Positions 59,249 to 64,000 of a DNA stretch of 64,000 bases are shown here, piece after piece. The stretch spans positions 1,986,001-2,050,000 of the forward strand of contig CM119371.1 of NCBI GenBank assembly GCA_051294905.1. Reading direction: 5' to 3'. Source of the stretch: Botryllus schlosseri (taxonomy: Eukaryota). Made by a program: the position numbers and the translations under genes. Under the pieces are notes generated by a model. That model ran no database searches. It saw only the letters and a program-made list of their open reading frames with translations, and was not told where the DNA came from. The first letter of the stretch is position 1, and each line of letters begins with the position of its first letter.

Positions 59249-62200
59249 GTTGTAACCAAAGCGTCGGTTTTGATTGACTTCTGTCAATAACGATAGCAAT
59301 ACATATTCTACTAGTACTAGAGCTGGACTGTGTCCTCTACTAGAAACAACGTGATGATTCTAAAATTTCTTAGAATTCAATAATCGCTCTTACATCCCCA
59401 AGCAAGAAGCAATTTAGGATACACGTTATGATTTCGGTACACTAGATATCTTTATTCTCTCGAATGCAATCTACTCTGTGTTCCTTAATTCGATTGACAG
59501 CTGACTCCCCAGTAATTCAGGTGAACAGAGAATTTTGAAAAGCTGAAAATTCGAATACGCTGCAATTGAATTCTGAGTAGGCCTATGCCTACCATATAGT
59601 TTTCATTCGTCCGATAATATTTGTACCAAACATGCTAATAAACTAACTAAAGATTTAACGAGACGCCCCACGAGGTGTATTGAAATATGAAAAAAAGTTG
59701 GACCGTAGCAATTATTTCAGTTATAAATATTTCGGGAATGCTTCTGTCTACGGATTCCATCGCGTCGGCTCAGAACTGCATTCCAAAATATCTATGTAAT
59801 ACAAGATTTCTGTCCTTTTCTGTCGCCATCTTCATTTATAGTTCAATCCACTCTTTATCCAGGTCTAGGCAAGTTGGAAGCCAAATAAATATCAGCAATA
59901 CATTTTATATATCCTCAAATAGAAGTCAGTCGATAAAACATAGGCTTGCGCTAGTCACTGGGTTATATAGTTTGGTTTGTTTGTTTCCGATGATTTCGAA
60001 AGATTGCCTAGAAGTGGGCGCAGAGAATGTTCAATGAATCGGAATGCGTAATATGCAACAGCGAAGGAAAACCTGCGACTACCATCTGCCAACGGTCCAC
60101 TTTATGTGAATATTGAACCAAGCAATATCTGGTTGTGGGGGCTCTAGGCACAAGGAAGAATGCATTGAAAAAATCAAACCACATTCCACCAACCACTTCT
60201 TTTTCGCCATCTTCCTTGCAGGTCAGAATGCTCACCTGATTAGGTGTGGATTCATCTATTTTATTGTGGATGAAGAATGACAAAGCTGCAATAGTCACGA
60301 AAACGAACGTGTCTGTTTACTACTGGAAAGTAATAACAAGCCATCCGATGTCTTGTACTACCGCTGGTACCGCATATAACTGTTCATCCAGTCATTAAAT
60401 AGGCTATATAATGTGATATCGCGGGATGCATGTTACAACGGAATTTACTGATATCTATCACCGGTCGTTTTGCACACACAATGAGCAAGACACTGCTCAG
60501 CAGAACGAAATAAAAGCATGGGTCGACTGAATCAAGAATTACATACCAAGCTCCGTATTATCGAATTCGGTACGACCAGCCATCCGTAGCATTATCAAAT
60601 AATCTTTATATACGTCTTTCGTGGCAATTACCGTCAGTCACCATCCCTTGGTCCTAACATACTGATAAAAAGTATCCATGATTACCTACGCTGTGAATAT
60701 TTGATAATGAAACGAGGTCACTCAACATGATTCATTTCGTGCGCGAGTCATCGAGGATGCCTATCGCTGGCTAGTTTCGTAAATTCTGCATGGCAAAAGA
60801 CAAGCGCAAAGACTGAAATTGTTGAACAGCAAGAATTTCTTGACATTTCAAGTATAATTTTTCAATAGCGCGGCTGCAATCATAGTCCGTGGAATATGCA
60901 TGATATTTGTTTAAATTAGCCTGCGAGTTTTGGATTCCCCACTAATTATTTCAGAATGCGCCAAAATCAAGCGGTCTAAATTGAAAATCCGCGTTAAATT
61001 TCTTGCAATACAGCGATTCAAGTACCTATATTTCGTTGCAACAACTATAGGCGCGACAAGATTTTAGATAGTAACTTTTTGTATATCCATCGGAAATAGA
61101 TATCTTCAATGACTGTATTATAATTTCTCTTTACTAACATCGCATGTGATTCAATATACGTGGCAGCAAGTTATGTCTGAATAAACATTGGCGCATGCAT
61201 ACATAGCTTTCAGTCAATGATATATATGTTGGAGCGAGTCAACGTGCGATATAATTTGTTTGTTTCTGTTGATTTTGCAACACTGCGTGGATACGGGCGG
61301 ATTGGCTTTGTTAAAAATGTACCATTGGACAAATTCAAACACTACAGTGTTGACTTCACGGCGATTCATAATATCGTAACATATACATCGGTGAAGTCGA
61401 TGCTACGATTACATAATGATACGTTTTCTAACTACAGTAATTGATTGCTTAACTGTTTGTGCTGGCGGGGCAGTTGCCTTTATAAATCCAAAAATGTTTT
61501 AAATATTTGAAAAAATGACTCGCGGACTTTAATGGGTAAACGCTCACTAACAATCAAACGAAACATCATATGGGTAAAAGTTTATCTGTTAATCGTATAA
61601 GATAGTTTGCATTATTCCAAATGGTCTTTGCGTTGACGCACATTTCCGATCCCCGCATAGAGCATGTTTACACGACCCAGACAACGGAATCCAAGCAATA
61701 TCCCCAGTAAATGCAATATCGCTCTGTATGTCGTGGACGAAGAGAAATGTAATTAATAGAGGTAGTTTGCCTGCATAAGTAGCACAATTAGGGATTTGAG
61801 GATATGTCTGTAAATCAGTGGTTGTTAACATGGGTTCCTTCGAACACTGGGGTTCAACAAGACCGTATTCTGAAATATTAACACTTAGCCCGACTTATGA
61901 TTTATCAGCAAAATATAATTGTAAAGATATCCGAACCCAAACCTGTGTGGGGCTCACGTGATGATAAATAACGATCAGTGTGTTTGACGGTGGATCTAAT
62001 GATGTCATCTGCGTGTAACACACATAAAAATATCTTCTTCCTGGGGCTGTTTTTTCAAGGGAATCATTCCACACGACACTGGTTTAATTGCGTGCATCCG
62101 ATTTTTACTATCCTAATGCAGAATAGCACCCGCGAACTCGTTATACCTAACCTACATTTCGTAAGCTTCGAAATCTTAAATACGGATTTCAGGGTGCGTT

Positions 62201-63125
62201 ACTTGATTAGAGGGACAGTGCATACATGGATCATCAGGAAAATTAAGCTACTACTCCCAGATTATAGCTGCTAATACTTTTCCGAACTGAACTAGCATTA
62301 AAATTATGGCCATTAAGATATTTATCCAAGTTATATGGGCCGTTTATGAAAATGGTTTCATACCCGTGGTTGTCAAACTCTGTCAATGCAGCAATCGCTT
62401 GCGCAATCATAATGTAACAAAGATAGTTGTCAGAACAATACAATTGAGCCTATCCTCCGTCACTTTCATATAGTTTGTCAGCCGCACTGTTTCTTACTGT
62501 AAATAAATATGATAGCCGACTATAGTCTTGAATTATCTTCTGATTGATGATACGCCTTCATTCGTTACTGTACTTGCTGAATGCTGATACATATTGCTAC
62601 AATGGAAAGTCTCAACACGAGGTACGCTCTGCAAAGTTAGTTTTTTTGCGCAATCAGCGGTATCGCAATATGATAGTCAAGTGGTTCATCGGTCGCCTTT
62701 TCTATAGCAAGCTGACCAATATTTATTTGCAATCTAGCAAACATTCCGTTATCTAAAAAACTATAGGAGAGCAATCGGCGTTCTGCTCATATGACGTGCG
62801 ATATGATACATAACGTAGGCATCATCACCGAAATATACAACGCTTTGCGATTTCTCTTCATTTAATATTTCTTGAAATCTAATCAATGAATCGGCAATTC
62901 AAAATGTTGATCAATATTTACATGTAACTGTATTACCAATTGCAGCTACGACTATATGAGCACGTGGTCGCTAGCTATTACCCACATAGACATCGTGATG
63001 TAAAATCTAACGTGTACTACAAATAGCCGACGGTGGATCATGTAATGGGTAAATTATGTACGTCAGCGGAGAAGCATCGGAGAAGGTGTTGCCATGGATT
63101 ACATTAGGTTTAGGGGCATATATGC

Positions 63126-63160
63126 CAGTGTTTCTCAAACTTTTTCCGGCCGCGTACCTT
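63126..63160. mobile_element. Solo hAT TIR
   Basis: cagtgtttctcaaactttttcc; partner not seen in the window. Confidence 0.45.
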
Positions 63161-64000
63161 CTGAATGCCAAATGACCTCTTAGTCAAATGTACCAGTAAT
63201 ATTAGTAATTGGCGTTCCTAATAGATCATAACACCAGTGAATAGTTAGAAAAGCGGATTAAATTTGCTAGATACAACTGTTTCCTCCGGACCTTGCGGGC
63301 ACAGTTTTTCGAGCTTTTACCGCTTTGCTACCTTCGGCAGCTTACAACTATTTCGAAACGAGAACGCCAAATAATCTGTTCTTGCCAATTGCGTCTTTCT
63401 TTGATTTTCTGGCCTCTCCCCCGATGACTGTCTATTCTCGCTTGCCTTTGGCACTCAATCGATTTTCGTGATTTTCTGCTGCTCGGACTCGCTGTTGAGT
63501 TCTCTGCTACGTCGCACTTGTACCACAATCTTGCTCTTTTTGGTTTCGTATCATTTATCAACGCTGGCTGTCGTACTGACTCCAATTGAAACGGAAGTAC
63601 AGTCGCATCTGAGGAATATGTAGATCGAATGTTTTTCCCATTCTGGAACCCAGAGTTTTGTAACTTCCTGTCTTTTCCCGTGAGCGGCTGAATATTCCGA
63701 TGACTTTAGTTCAAAACTTGGCGGTTTGCGTTTGATTTAATATCCTTTCATTCGACGAGTCAATTTCCTGTACATAGCTTCCGTTTTGTGAGAAATTTCG
63801 CATCACGCTGTCCTTTGAATTCCGAAAACTTCCCTAAAAGGTAGGAATCGGTTGATTTGAGCGGGAAAAATAGCCCTCGTATCACAGTAACTTGATATAT
63901 TTTCTAAAATATTGGGCTAGTCACAATGATCGAAGGACTCGCATTACCTCTACCAATTTGAGTCAACTAGAGAAATTATTCGTCTCCTTACCAATAGGGC

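Noticed and set aside
59687..63585. Short ORFs (60008, 61217, 61589, 62243, 63328) as host exons
   Set aside because: No recognisable domain or consistent splice chain; a BLASTX or RNA-seq check is needed before any call.
1..64000. Prokaryotic systems (CRISPR arrays, operons, rRNA/tRNA)
   Set aside because: The content is eukaryotic TE DNA; no constant repeat with unique spacers and no recognisable rRNA or tRNA was seen.

Overview
AT-rich eukaryotic DNA, probably from an invertebrate animal, made almost entirely of nested transposable elements. It holds two 5'-truncated or partial L2/CR1-group LINEs, a Penelope element, many hAT elements and MITEs (including one intact SPIN/Buster-type transposase gene), hATm elements, two inverted CMC/EnSpm-type elements and a Tc1/mariner-type MITE. 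The outstanding structure is at 10-32 kb. It is a heavily eroded Polinton/Maverick-like relic in which motif remnants of all six core genes can still be read by eye (packaging ATPase, pPolB, major capsid, penton, protease, integrase), and it ends in a repeat-rich ACTACT terminus at 31886. Part of the relic is duplicated as a ~4.4-kb-arm palindrome whose 1.65-kb loop holds an intact 8-finger C2H2 zinc-finger ORF. One arm carries a 5.6-kb composite transposon of two hATm elements plus 576 bp of captured DNA, flanked by a single outer 8-bp TSD. All family assignments come from recalled motifs; no searches were run.
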